Part shown: positions 18,211-26,217 of the stretch, piece after piece
How the letters are laid out: each line of letters opens with the position of its first letter
Position numbering within the stretch: position 1 is the stretch's first letter
Origin: Candidatus Poribacteria bacterium
GTDB taxonomy: Bacteria > Poribacteria > WGA-4E > PCPOR2b
Direction of reading: 5' to 3'
Assembly: GCA_965208425.1 (NCBI GenBank)
Contig: OZ242335.1
Location: forward strand, 11,018-75,017
DNA length: 64,000 nucleotides
The notes under the pieces: model-generated
Database searches by the model: none
What the model saw: the letters and a program-made list of their open reading frames with translations, nothing else
Told to the model about the DNA's origin: nothing
Position numbers and translations under genes: made by a program

Positions 18211-18358
18211 CGCCTGATAAATCTGGCAACTACAGGACATTACAGAAAAAACGCCTGATAAATCTGGCAACTACAGGGCATTAGGGAAAAAAACGCCTGA
18301 TAAATCTGGCAACTACAGGACATTACAGAAAAAACGCCTGATAAATCTGGCAACTACA
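18211..18358. repeat. four tandem REP copies (about 41-42 nt period)
   Basis: cgcctgataaatctggcaactaca occurs at 18211, 18252, 18294 and 18335. The separators are near-identical A-rich linkers. Confidence 0.9.
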
Positions 18359-18454
18359 CGTTATATTCAATGTTATTAATGTGCAACTCTCGATTTATCG
18401 GGACGAACTCCTTGAGAAGCTGTTTGCGCTCAAGGACCACAGGGAGGAAACATC

Positions 18455-19258
18455 ATGAGCGATCTTGAATTGCAGCAGTATCTGTTCGATGTACAAGGCT
18501 ACTTGGTAATTGAAAATGTCTTGAGCTCAGAAGAACTCACAGCACTCAACCAATTGATTAATCAGCAAGAACTCCCCACTCCGGGAAAGGTTCAAAGATT
18601 TGGTAGCGCACCAGACGGATCAGGATTTCTTGCTTGGGGAAAACCGTTCTGCGATCTACTGACCCATGATGCAGTTATGCCGGTTATTCGATTCCGGTTG
18701 GGCGACTGCTTCCGCCTCGATCGGATTTACGGGATGTATATGCGCGAGGGAATGCCAAGAGGACGACTGCACGCCGACTACGGCGCCACCTCCCCAACCT
18801 CCGGATCTCAAGCGGGGGAATACTTTCCTTTCCGCGATAACCAAGTCACCAACGGGTTTGTCGTGGTGACATGGGTGCTGTCTGATGCAGGTCCCGACTA
18901 CGGTGGGTTTTGCTGTATCCCCGGTAGCCACAAAAGCAACTTTAAGCTGCCACCGCAGATTGATCAGGCTCCTGAAGACGCACCGTGTGTAATTATTCCA
19001 AAGGCACCGGCCGGTTCAGCGATTTTATTTACCGAAGCATTGACGCATGGAACGGCAGCGTGGCGCGGCAAGCACGAGAGACGGACCCTGCTGTACAAAT
19101 ATAGTGTGTCACATATGGTGTGGACCTCCCGACGTGTACAACCACCGGAGAATGTGGAACTGACACCCCGTCAGGAAATTCTTTTCAGCGATCCGGGTGA
19201 TCCGCATCGTTTCTTCCCATCGTTGTTTGAAGGATTTGAAAGCGAGCAAGTTGTATGA
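18455..19258 (+). CDS. phytanoyl-CoA dioxygenase (PhyH) family protein
   Basis: 267 aa with a GGGAGG RBS. N-terminus is LQQYLFDVQGYLVIENVLS and the metal-site regions are LHADYG and FTEALTHGTAAWR. Confidence 0.75.
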   Translation: MSDLELQQYLFDVQGYLVIENVLSSEELTALNQLINQQELPTPGKVQRFGSAPDGSGFLAWGKPFCDLLTHDAVMPVIRFRLGDCFRLDRIYGMYMREGMPRGRLHADYGATSPTSGSQAGEYFPFRDNQVTNGFVVVTWVLSDAGPDYGGFCCIPGSHKSNFKLPPQIDQAPEDAPCVIIPKAPAGSAILFTEALTHGTAAWRGKHERRTLLYKYSVSHMVWTSRRVQPPENVELTPRQEILFSDPGDPHRFFPSLFEGFESEQVV

Positions 19259-20931
19259 CTAAATCATTGGAATCAAAACTGCATAACTTGGTCAGACAAC
19301 CGTTGGAGCGTTCGGACATCAGTTATTGCGGGATAACTAAAAATGGGTACCAAATCCCTGTCCTCCTTGCGCCAGGCGCTTACTATTGTTCTACGGCTGA
19401 CCCCCGGATACTAATTATCGGAGGGGTCAACGGGACTGATGGTGATGTCCAGTTAATTTTTGATGTAATTGAAACAATTACAAATCGTTCCTATGATTTC
19501 AGAACACTATCAATCAGCTATATTCCCTGTCTGGACTATGATGCATATATAAGCAATGTACAAGCACCCCGACCCCGAGCTGAAGCGAAATTGATGCGTG
19601 GATTCCCACCCGACGGAAACTACTTTTTCGATCCAGAAATACCGGAGAGCAGATACATTTGGCGGTGGATATCCTACCAAGCTCCGGACCTGGTGATTGA
19701 GTTATCTTTGGGCGACTTAATCTGGATTGAACCTAACAATGCTGCTCTCGCTTTTACGGCTGATATGAATACAGCAAGGCCTATCTCCGATGATAGCCTA
19801 ATCGGAGCATTGGGACAGGAACATGAATCCAAGCCGCAAAAGATCCCCGGAGTCAGGATTAAAGGAGCAAGAGAGCAAGTCGTATCAAAAACAACTGAGT
19901 TATTGCGTGCAGTGGACGAGCACCCATCCATGGTGGTAGGTAGCACACGGCAGTACCGAACCACGCAAGAGGTGAGCTTGGCATTAGCCTCGCAATTTGG
20001 GTATAAACTCGATTCCCCGATCAACTACATCCAAGGGGTCGGTGTGAGCGGCAGGATTCGATTGGCAGAATATAAGAATCAAGATGTGCCCGATGATATT
20101 TTTCAGCTTGTCGATCCTTATGTTGATGACCCCTCCACCAGTTTTGGAGATGCTCCTGGTTCCGCTTCGCTTGCTGGGGCGGTATGGGCGGACGATCTGT
20201 TCCGAGTGACTGAAGACCCAAGGTACAGAGACTATTTCTTAGGTCTGGCAAATCGGTTCGATTTAAGCGGATCAAATCCCCCTGCTCCGGCAGATCCAAA
20301 GTGGAGAACGGAGGATATGTTCATGCTTGGGTCGATGATGGGACGGAGTTATGCGTTGACCCAAGAGCGGCAATATCTAGATATTTTGACCAATTTCCTC
20401 GTCGAAATGGGCACACAGCAGATTTCGGGACTGTTTTGGCACGATAGAGAAACCCCTTTTTATTGGGGCAGAGGAAACGGCTTCGCCGTTCTGGGGCTTG
20501 CAGAGACATTGACCTATCTGCCGCAATCTCATCCCCTATACGCCGATATACTCTTGATGTATCAGAAATTGTTGAACGGGTTGTTAAAATATCAAGATCT
20601 ATCAGGTTGCTATCATCAAGTTATCACGCTACCGGGTAGCTACCAAGAACTCACAAGCACCTGTATGATCGGTTACGGGATCGCCAGAGGTATTAAATTG
20701 GGATTGCTGGATTCATCTTATCTCCCAACCCTGACGTCTTTATGGAATGGAGCTAAAGCAAGAGTTGCCGAAACGGGCGATGTGGTTGACGGTTGTACGG
20801 GGACAGGTGCATTAGAGACGGAACAGGATTACATCGTTCGAGAGGCGCTGAGCGGCTATGATGATCGCACAGGCAGTCTGGCGTTGTGGTTCGCTGTTGA
20901 GATGATGCAATCTGTGAACACCCCTATTTAA
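19255..20931 (+). CDS. fusion protein: degenerate M14/succinylglutamate-desuccinylase-like N-domain plus GH88/GH105-like (unsaturated glycuronyl hydrolase) C-domain
   Basis: ATGA overlap with the upstream gene. The C-terminal half has FYWGRGNGFAVLGLAETL and a YQD..G.. pattern typical of the YteR/UGL fold. The N-terminal half has M14-like spacing (ILIIGGVNGTDGD, MRGFPPDG, PDLVIELS) but lacks the Zn ligands. Confidence 0.5.
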   Translation: MTKSLESKLHNLVRQPLERSDISYCGITKNGYQIPVLLAPGAYYCSTADPRILIIGGVNGTDGDVQLIFDVIETITNRSYDFRTLSISYIPCLDYDAYISNVQAPRPRAEAKLMRGFPPDGNYFFDPEIPESRYIWRWISYQAPDLVIELSLGDLIWIEPNNAALAFTADMNTARPISDDSLIGALGQEHESKPQKIPGVRIKGAREQVVSKTTELLRAVDEHPSMVVGSTRQYRTTQEVSLALASQFGYKLDSPINYIQGVGVSGRIRLAEYKNQDVPDDIFQLVDPYVDDPSTSFGDAPGSASLAGAVWADDLFRVTEDPRYRDYFLGLANRFDLSGSNPPAPADPKWRTEDMFMLGSMMGRSYALTQERQYLDILTNFLVEMGTQQISGLFWHDRETPFYWGRGNGFAVLGLAETLTYLPQSHPLYADILLMYQKLLNGLLKYQDLSGCYHQVITLPGSYQELTSTCMIGYGIARGIKLGLLDSSYLPTLTSLWNGAKARVAETGDVVDGCTGTGALETEQDYIVREALSGYDDRTGSLALWFAVEMMQSVNTPI

Positions 20932-20945
20932 GAAAACAGATTTCT

Positions 20946-21434
20946 ATGGCAGATCAATTCAGAGATTTTATATCGGTTCTTGACGCGTTTGATAGACACG
21001 AAGTAGATTACATCCTTATCGGAGGTGTTGCGATTATACTTCACGGTATGGAAAGGTTAACCCGTGACGTAGACATTTTTGTTAAGATGGATGCTGAGAA
21101 TATTGATGCACTGAGAACGGCACTTCATTCAATTTTTGATGATACTTCCATTGAAGAGATTACGCTTGAGGAATTAAATAAATATCCAGTTATTCGTTAT
21201 GGAACGCCAAATGGTTTTTGTATCGATATCATGGCACGTTTAGGTGAAACTGTCTCCTTTGAAGACTTGGAATATGAAACCATTGCTTATCAAGGTACAA
21301 AAATTAGGATTGGAACCCTAGAGACCTTATATGAACTCAAGAGAAATACTGTACGCGATAGAGATAAAATCGACGCAATATTTCTGGAACAACTAATCAA
21401 AGCAAAACAACCCAACCAGTCTAATCAGAGCTGA
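20946..21434 (+). CDS. minimal nucleotidyltransferase-fold protein (AbiEii/DUF6036-like)
   Basis: 162 aa. The signature is DYILIGGVAIILHG...TRDVDIFV. The gene is AT-richer than its neighbours. Confidence 0.55.
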   Translation: MADQFRDFISVLDAFDRHEVDYILIGGVAIILHGMERLTRDVDIFVKMDAENIDALRTALHSIFDDTSIEEITLEELNKYPVIRYGTPNGFCIDIMARLGETVSFEDLEYETIAYQGTKIRIGTLETLYELKRNTVRDRDKIDAIFLEQLIKAKQPNQSNQS

Positions 21435-21443
21435 TTTTAACTG

Positions 21444-21593
21444 GAGGCTCATGTAAAAAGAGAGTGCAAAGCACGAAGTAAAGGCCCCCTTTGTACCCCC
21501 CTTAATCCCCCCGCAAGCAGGGGGAGAGTAACCCCTGATAAATCGGGATGCAAGTGCTTGTGGCTTTGGTTGCACTAATTCTTAACATGAGCG
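21444..21593. repeat. MITE-like element, type A
   Basis: Near-identical to 1106-1256. It ends 19 nt before the ATG at 21613. Confidence 0.9.
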
Positions 21594-21612
21594 TAACTGG
21601 AAAGACAATCGT

Positions 21613-21870
21613 ATGCCAGTCTATAAATATAAAACTTTTGAAGAGGCTGAAAGTGCTTTATGGCATTTCCAACCCGATGAAGCATATTTCAATCAAGTGG
21701 CTGAACTTTGGAACTTTGCCAATAAACTCTGCCCAATTACTTATCCAAAAGGGATTTTTAAATATCGAAGCATAGAGGAAGCAAACAAACAGAGAAACGA
21801 ATGGGAGTTAGCCCATGCAAAGAAGATACAGGTGGCAAGAAAACGATTCGCAACCAAGGAGGCAAACTGA
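21613..21870 (+). CDS. hypothetical small protein
   Basis: 85-aa ORF (MPVYKYKTFEEAESALWHF...). Its stop overlaps the rhodanese start (TGATG). I recognise no domain. Confidence 0.4.
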   Translation: MPVYKYKTFEEAESALWHFQPDEAYFNQVAELWNFANKLCPITYPKGIFKYRSIEEANKQRNEWELAHAKKIQVARKRFATKEAN

Positions 21871-22349
21871 TGCAAAGATTGAACAGAGCCATTGTTTGGA
21901 TAATTGTGTTGTTCCTTCAGCAGCAATTACTCGTTCAGGTATTCGCCGCTCAAGCGGAGCGGATTGACGCGAAAGAACTTAAGCGTTTATTAGATGCCAA
22001 AGAAAAGGTAACTTTGGTTGATGTCCGTGGCCAGATTAATTACAACCTCGGACACATCCCCGGAGCCGTTTCGATGCCATTCCCGGATGGGATTGAAACG
22101 AGACATCAAACACTTCCCGCCGAAGGGCTAATTGTCTTGTACTGAAGCTGACCGGCGGAAGCCACAAGTGCCGGTGCGGCACAAATGTTAATAGACGAGT
22201 TTGGTTTTCCTCCGGAGCGCGTGAAAGTGCTCCAAGGCGGTTTTCCCGGATGGCAGAGGGCAGGCTATCCAGTTGAAATGACGGTCGCTGTTGAACCGAA
22301 AGGAAAACGCTTCACCCTGTGGGGACAGATTAAATCAAAAAGCCGGTAG
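21870..22349 (+). CDS. secreted single-domain rhodanese with two in-frame TGA codons at the C-x-C-P catalytic loop (candidate U-S-U-P selenoprotein, or a recent pseudogene)
   Basis: Signal-like N-terminus MQRLNRAIVWIIVLF..VFAAQA. The loop reads GLIVLY-TGA(22143)-S-TGA(22149)-PAEATSAGAAQML. The same frame stays open through VKVLQGGFPGWQRAGYPVE to TAG 22347-22349. Confidence 0.6.
22168..22182 (+). promoter_or_regulatory. candidate bacterial SECIS-like hairpin
   Basis: GUGCC-GGUGC-GGCAC: a 5-bp stem with a GGUGC apical loop. The loop lies 30 and 24 nt after the two TGA codons. An alternative hairpin is ACCGGC(22151)..GCCGGU(22175). Confidence 0.3.
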
Positions 22350-22364
22350 TGAGGCGTAACCCAA

Positions 22365-23867
22365 ATGAACGAATATGATCTAACCATCATCGGTGGAGGA
22401 AGCGCGGGGCTTGTGCTGGCGGTGGCGGGTGCGAAGCTAGGGGTCAAGACAGCACTCGTCGAGAAGCACCGACTGGGAGGCGATTGTCTCTGGACAGGGT
22501 GTATCCCGTCGAAAGCCATCCTCAAATCAGCGAAAATTGCCCATTATGTCAAAGAATCTGAAAAATACGGTATCCGCGTGAAAGACAATCAGGTGGACTT
22601 TGGACGCGTTATGGCGTATGTCCGTAGCACTCAACACACCATAGAGCAAGAACATGATAACCCTGAACGATTCCGCAAAATAGGTGTAGATGTTATCTTC
22701 GGGGAAGGGCATTTCGAGTCGCCTACAACCTTTGTGGTTGAAGATACAGAAAACGGCCAAACCCTCACGCTTAAGAGCAAAAAATTTGTCATCACAACCG
22801 GCTCCCGTCCAACTGCACCCGATATCCCCGGAATGGGTTCGGGCGATTATCTGGACAGCGAAAATGTTTGGGAATTAGACCAACTGCCTGAAAGGCTACT
22901 GGTGATAGGCGCAGGTCCCATTGGGATTGAGCTAGGGCAGGCGTTTCACCGTCTAGGCACAGAAGTAACGATTGCCCAACGCAGCGACCGGATCCTAGCG
23001 AAAGAGGACACCGAAGTCTCCGAGAAAATGCTGAGTTACCTTCGGGAAGATGGGGTTGAAATTCTCTTAAATACCAATCCCGTTCAGATTGACCGGATCG
23101 ATCCCTCGCTCAACGAAGAGCTCAATCCAGATATAGCGGTATGGGAACCACAAGATACCGAGGCATCGGAGTATAGGGTCCAACTCAAAGCAGCGGATAC
23201 GGGGGCTGAACGTGAAATCATCGTTGATCGCATCTTGATTGCAGCAGGACGGACGCCAAATATCGAAGGGTTGGGGCTTGAGAAGATCGGCGTCAGGGTT
23301 GGAAAAAGCGGGGTTGAGGTCAACAATAAGTTACAAACAACCGTCAAAAATATCTACGCTGCCGGCGATGTGATTGGACATTACCTCTTCACGCATGTGG
23401 CAGCATTTCAAGCGACACAGATTGTCCGGAATATCTTCTTCCCCGGTTCTAGCGCGATAAATTATTCCGTCGTCCCTTGGACTACCTTTTGCGATCCAGA
23501 GGTCGCTCGGTGCGGCTTGACTGAAGTAGAGGCTCGTGAAAAACACGGGAAGGTCGATATTTTCAGAGTGGATCTACACGATGTCGATCGCGCGGTCGCC
23601 GAAGGAGAAATGAAAGGGTTTATTAAGGTCATTGCAACCCGTTGGAAGGGCAAAATCTTAGGCGTCCACCTAGTTGGACCAAGTGCGGGAGAGGTTGTCC
23701 ACGAGTTTGTTTTGGCAATGAGTGCGGGTATCCCCCTGCGGAAGTTGGCGGGAATCATCCATGTTTATCCAACGTTTTCGAGCATCGCTTGGCGCGTTGC
23801 TGGAAAGTGGCTTGCCGAAGGCACCCTGATTCAAACACTACGCAGACTATTCAGGAAAGGCAATTAG
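22365..23867 (+). CDS. FAD-dependent pyridine nucleotide-disulfide oxidoreductase (dihydrolipoamide dehydrogenase / mercuric reductase-like)
   Basis: 500 aa. It has the GGGSAG FAD motif and the redox disulfide GGDCLWTGCIPSK. The C-terminal dimerisation domain includes HVYPTFS. Confidence 0.85.
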   Translation: MNEYDLTIIGGGSAGLVLAVAGAKLGVKTALVEKHRLGGDCLWTGCIPSKAILKSAKIAHYVKESEKYGIRVKDNQVDFGRVMAYVRSTQHTIEQEHDNPERFRKIGVDVIFGEGHFESPTTFVVEDTENGQTLTLKSKKFVITTGSRPTAPDIPGMGSGDYLDSENVWELDQLPERLLVIGAGPIGIELGQAFHRLGTEVTIAQRSDRILAKEDTEVSEKMLSYLREDGVEILLNTNPVQIDRIDPSLNEELNPDIAVWEPQDTEASEYRVQLKAADTGAEREIIVDRILIAAGRTPNIEGLGLEKIGVRVGKSGVEVNNKLQTTVKNIYAAGDVIGHYLFTHVAAFQATQIVRNIFFPGSSAINYSVVPWTTFCDPEVARCGLTEVEAREKHGKVDIFRVDLHDVDRAVAEGEMKGFIKVIATRWKGKILGVHLVGPSAGEVVHEFVLAMSAGIPLRKLAGIIHVYPTFSSIAWRVAGKWLAEGTLIQTLRRLFRKGN

Positions 23868-24101
23868 CTGGAGCCATCGGGTTTTTCGGTTGTTACTTTT
23901 CGGTTATCGTGATATAATTTGTCCAAAATAATAGGAAGAATCTGTAAATGAGATTCAACATATGGACATCCAGCACAATCGTGCTGATTATCCTAGCACT
24001 TAGAGGTTGGCTCTAGCGAACACGGTGGCGGTATACATGACTGAAATGTCCTGTTCAGAAATGATAAAAATTTACACGACGAAACGAGGAAGCTAAGAAA
24101 T

Positions 24102-25169
24102 ATGGATGCAACCATTCAACCGATTTTGGAGAAGGTATTAGACGGTGAGCGCCTAGATTTTGATGACGGGCTGACCCTTTTCAAAAGTCATGACCTTCTA
24201 TCAATCGGAGCAGCTGCCGACACAATCCGACAACGGAAGCACCCAGAAGGATACATCACCTATATCGTTGATCGTAATATCAACTACACAAACTGGTGTT
24301 ATGTCGATTGCGACTTTTGTGCCTTTTATCGCCACAAAACTGATCCCGATGCGTATGTGATGTCCAAGGAGGAGTTGGGGAATAAAATCCGAGAGACAAT
24401 CGATCTCGGCGGTGTGCTTATCCTCATGCAGGGCGGATTACATCCCAAACTGAAACTTGACTGGTACGAAGACCTCCTCCAGTGGATCAAGGCAAATTAC
24501 AAAATCCATATTCATGGCTTTTCCCCACCAGAACTTGATTGGTTCGCCAAAATTAACAAACTCTCCCTCAAAGAGACCTTAATCCGTCTTCGCGATGCCG
24601 GCTTAGATTCGATCCCCGGCGGCGGCGCAGAGATTTTGACTGACCACGCCCGCGATGAAATTAGTCCGAAAAAATGTACATCAGATGAGTGGTTAGAGGT
24701 AATGCGTCAAGGTCACTATGTGGGCTTGCGTTCAAGCGCGACGATGATGTACGGACACGTCGAAAGCTACGGTGAGCGTGTGGAGCATCTCCTCCGCTTG
24801 CGAGAACTGCAAGACGAAACGGGCGGCTTCACAGCTTTCATCTGTTGGTCGCTTCAGCCTAAGCACACGCGCCTTGAGCATATCCCCCCCGCGGGCAGTT
24901 TTGAATACCTCAAGACACTTGCAATCTCCCGACTAATGCTCGATAACTTTGATAACTTCCAATCGTCATGGGTCACCCAAGGACCGAAGATCGGTCAAAT
25001 GTCGCTCAAGTTCGGGGCAAACGACATGGGCGGCACAATGATCGAGGAGAACGTCGTCAGCAAGGCGGGGACGGTCTACTGTATGCCCATCGAAGAAATT
25101 GAGCGCACCATCTCTGAGTTAGGGTTCGTTCCGAAGCAGCGGGACTTCTATTACGAGACCATCAACTAA
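24102..25169 (+). CDS. mqnC: radical SAM menaquinone (futalosine pathway) enzyme, MqnC-like cyclic dehypoxanthinyl futalosine synthase
   Basis: 355 aa with NINYTNWCYVDCDFCAFYR (CxxxCxxC). ILMQGGLHP favours MqnC over MqnE. GGGAEIL is also present. Confidence 0.6.
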   Translation: MDATIQPILEKVLDGERLDFDDGLTLFKSHDLLSIGAAADTIRQRKHPEGYITYIVDRNINYTNWCYVDCDFCAFYRHKTDPDAYVMSKEELGNKIRETIDLGGVLILMQGGLHPKLKLDWYEDLLQWIKANYKIHIHGFSPPELDWFAKINKLSLKETLIRLRDAGLDSIPGGGAEILTDHARDEISPKKCTSDEWLEVMRQGHYVGLRSSATMMYGHVESYGERVEHLLRLRELQDETGGFTAFICWSLQPKHTRLEHIPPAGSFEYLKTLAISRLMLDNFDNFQSSWVTQGPKIGQMSLKFGANDMGGTMIEENVVSKAGTVYCMPIEEIERTISELGFVPKQRDFYYETIN

Positions 25170-26212
25170 TGCCACTGATTCCTGCCGCCCAACTCAGAAC
25201 TATCAGCATTAATATCTTCACCGCCCTCGGTCTCAAAGCAGACAAAGCCCAAACGATCGCGAATTTACTCATCGAGTCCAATCTTGCCGGACACGATTCA
25301 CACGGTGTGCTGCGCCTACCGCAATACGTCGTGAGCATCCAGAATAAGGCAATTGATCCAGATGTCGAAATTGAGATTGTCAGCGAAACCCCTTCCAGCG
25401 CGATCATTGATGGGCATAGCGGATTGGGGCAATTCATCGCCACGCAAGCGATGGAAGTCGCCATTGCGAAAGCGCGAGAACACACCATCAGCACAGTGAA
25501 TGTCTATAACTGCAATCACGTCGGACGTCTTGCTGACTATGTGATGATGGCAGCCGAGGCAAAGATGATCGGCTTGCTTTTTCTTAACGGACATGGCGGG
25601 GACCACGGTGTTGCGCCGTGGGGTGGCACCGATCGACGACTCAGCACAAATCCCTTTGCGTGTGCCCTCCCTACAGGGAAGGACAACCCGATGGTCATTG
25701 ATCTCACCACGAGCATCGTTGCCGGCGGGAAAATTCGGGCGTATCGCAGTCGTGGCGAGCCGTTGCCAGAAGGCTGGGTCCTTGACACCAATGGTAATCC
25801 AAGCACCGATCCCAACGCATACCTTGAACATCCGCAAGGGGCGTTACTCCCATTCGGCGACATTGCAGGGCACAAAGGTTACGGGTTAAGCATGATGACA
25901 GACATTCTCGCCGGTGCGATGTGCGAAGCCGGCTGCAGTCAGTCATCACCGTCCGGTGTCGGTAACGCCTTCTTTATCATCGTCATTGACATCGAGAAAT
26001 TCATAGACCTTGCGGATTTTGAAGCGCACGTCGCCCAGATGATAGATTTCGTCAAAGCCTCTCCAACTGCACCCGGTTTCGATGAAATTTCAATCCCCGG
26101 TGAACGTTCTGCACGTACCCGCCAACAACGACTGGCAGAGGGCATCCCACTCGATGATACAACATGGGCCCGTCTTGTCGAAACCGCTCACAGCGTTGGA
26201 GTCTCTGTTTAA
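25169..26212 (+). CDS. Ldh2 family malate/L-lactate/sulfolactate-type dehydrogenase
   Basis: 347 aa. GHDSHGVLRLPQY and GHKGYGLSMM are typical Ldh_2 family segments. TAATG overlap with mqnC. Confidence 0.8.
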   Translation: MPLIPAAQLRTISINIFTALGLKADKAQTIANLLIESNLAGHDSHGVLRLPQYVVSIQNKAIDPDVEIEIVSETPSSAIIDGHSGLGQFIATQAMEVAIAKAREHTISTVNVYNCNHVGRLADYVMMAAEAKMIGLLFLNGHGGDHGVAPWGGTDRRLSTNPFACALPTGKDNPMVIDLTTSIVAGGKIRAYRSRGEPLPEGWVLDTNGNPSTDPNAYLEHPQGALLPFGDIAGHKGYGLSMMTDILAGAMCEAGCSQSSPSGVGNAFFIIVIDIEKFIDLADFEAHVAQMIDFVKASPTAPGFDEISIPGERSARTRQQRLAEGIPLDDTTWARLVETAHSVGVSV

Positions 26213-26217
26213 CGCGA

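Larger units (their letters stand above)
17429..18358. mobile_element. REPtron: RAYT gene flanked by REP arrays in opposed orientation
   Basis: The left flank has three GTAG-headed REPs (17429-17507). The right flank has one REP (18161-18186) plus four tandem inverted REPs (18211-18358). Confidence 0.8.

Noticed and set aside
18211-18358. Regularly spaced 24-nt repeats that look superficially like a small CRISPR array
   Set aside because: The 17-18-nt 'spacers' are themselves near-identical A-rich linkers (ggacattacagaaaaaa / gggcattagggaaaaaaa). The repeat is the same REP hairpin found dispersed elsewhere. The array abuts a RAYT gene and no cas genes are present. It is a tandem REP array, not CRISPR.
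22143-22151. Genome-wide TGA reassignment (genetic code 4 or 25) as the explanation for the in-frame TGAs in the rhodanese
   Set aside because: Many well-supported genes in the window terminate at TGA with the expected protein ends and downstream RBS/start signals (for example 7269-7271, 12826-12828, 59014-59016). TGA is therefore a normal stop here.
23947-24015. 22-codon hydrophobic mini-ORF (MRFNIWTSSTIVLIILALRGWL) upstream of mqnC
   Set aside because: It is too short, has no RBS or conservation evidence available, and cannot be supported from sequence alone.
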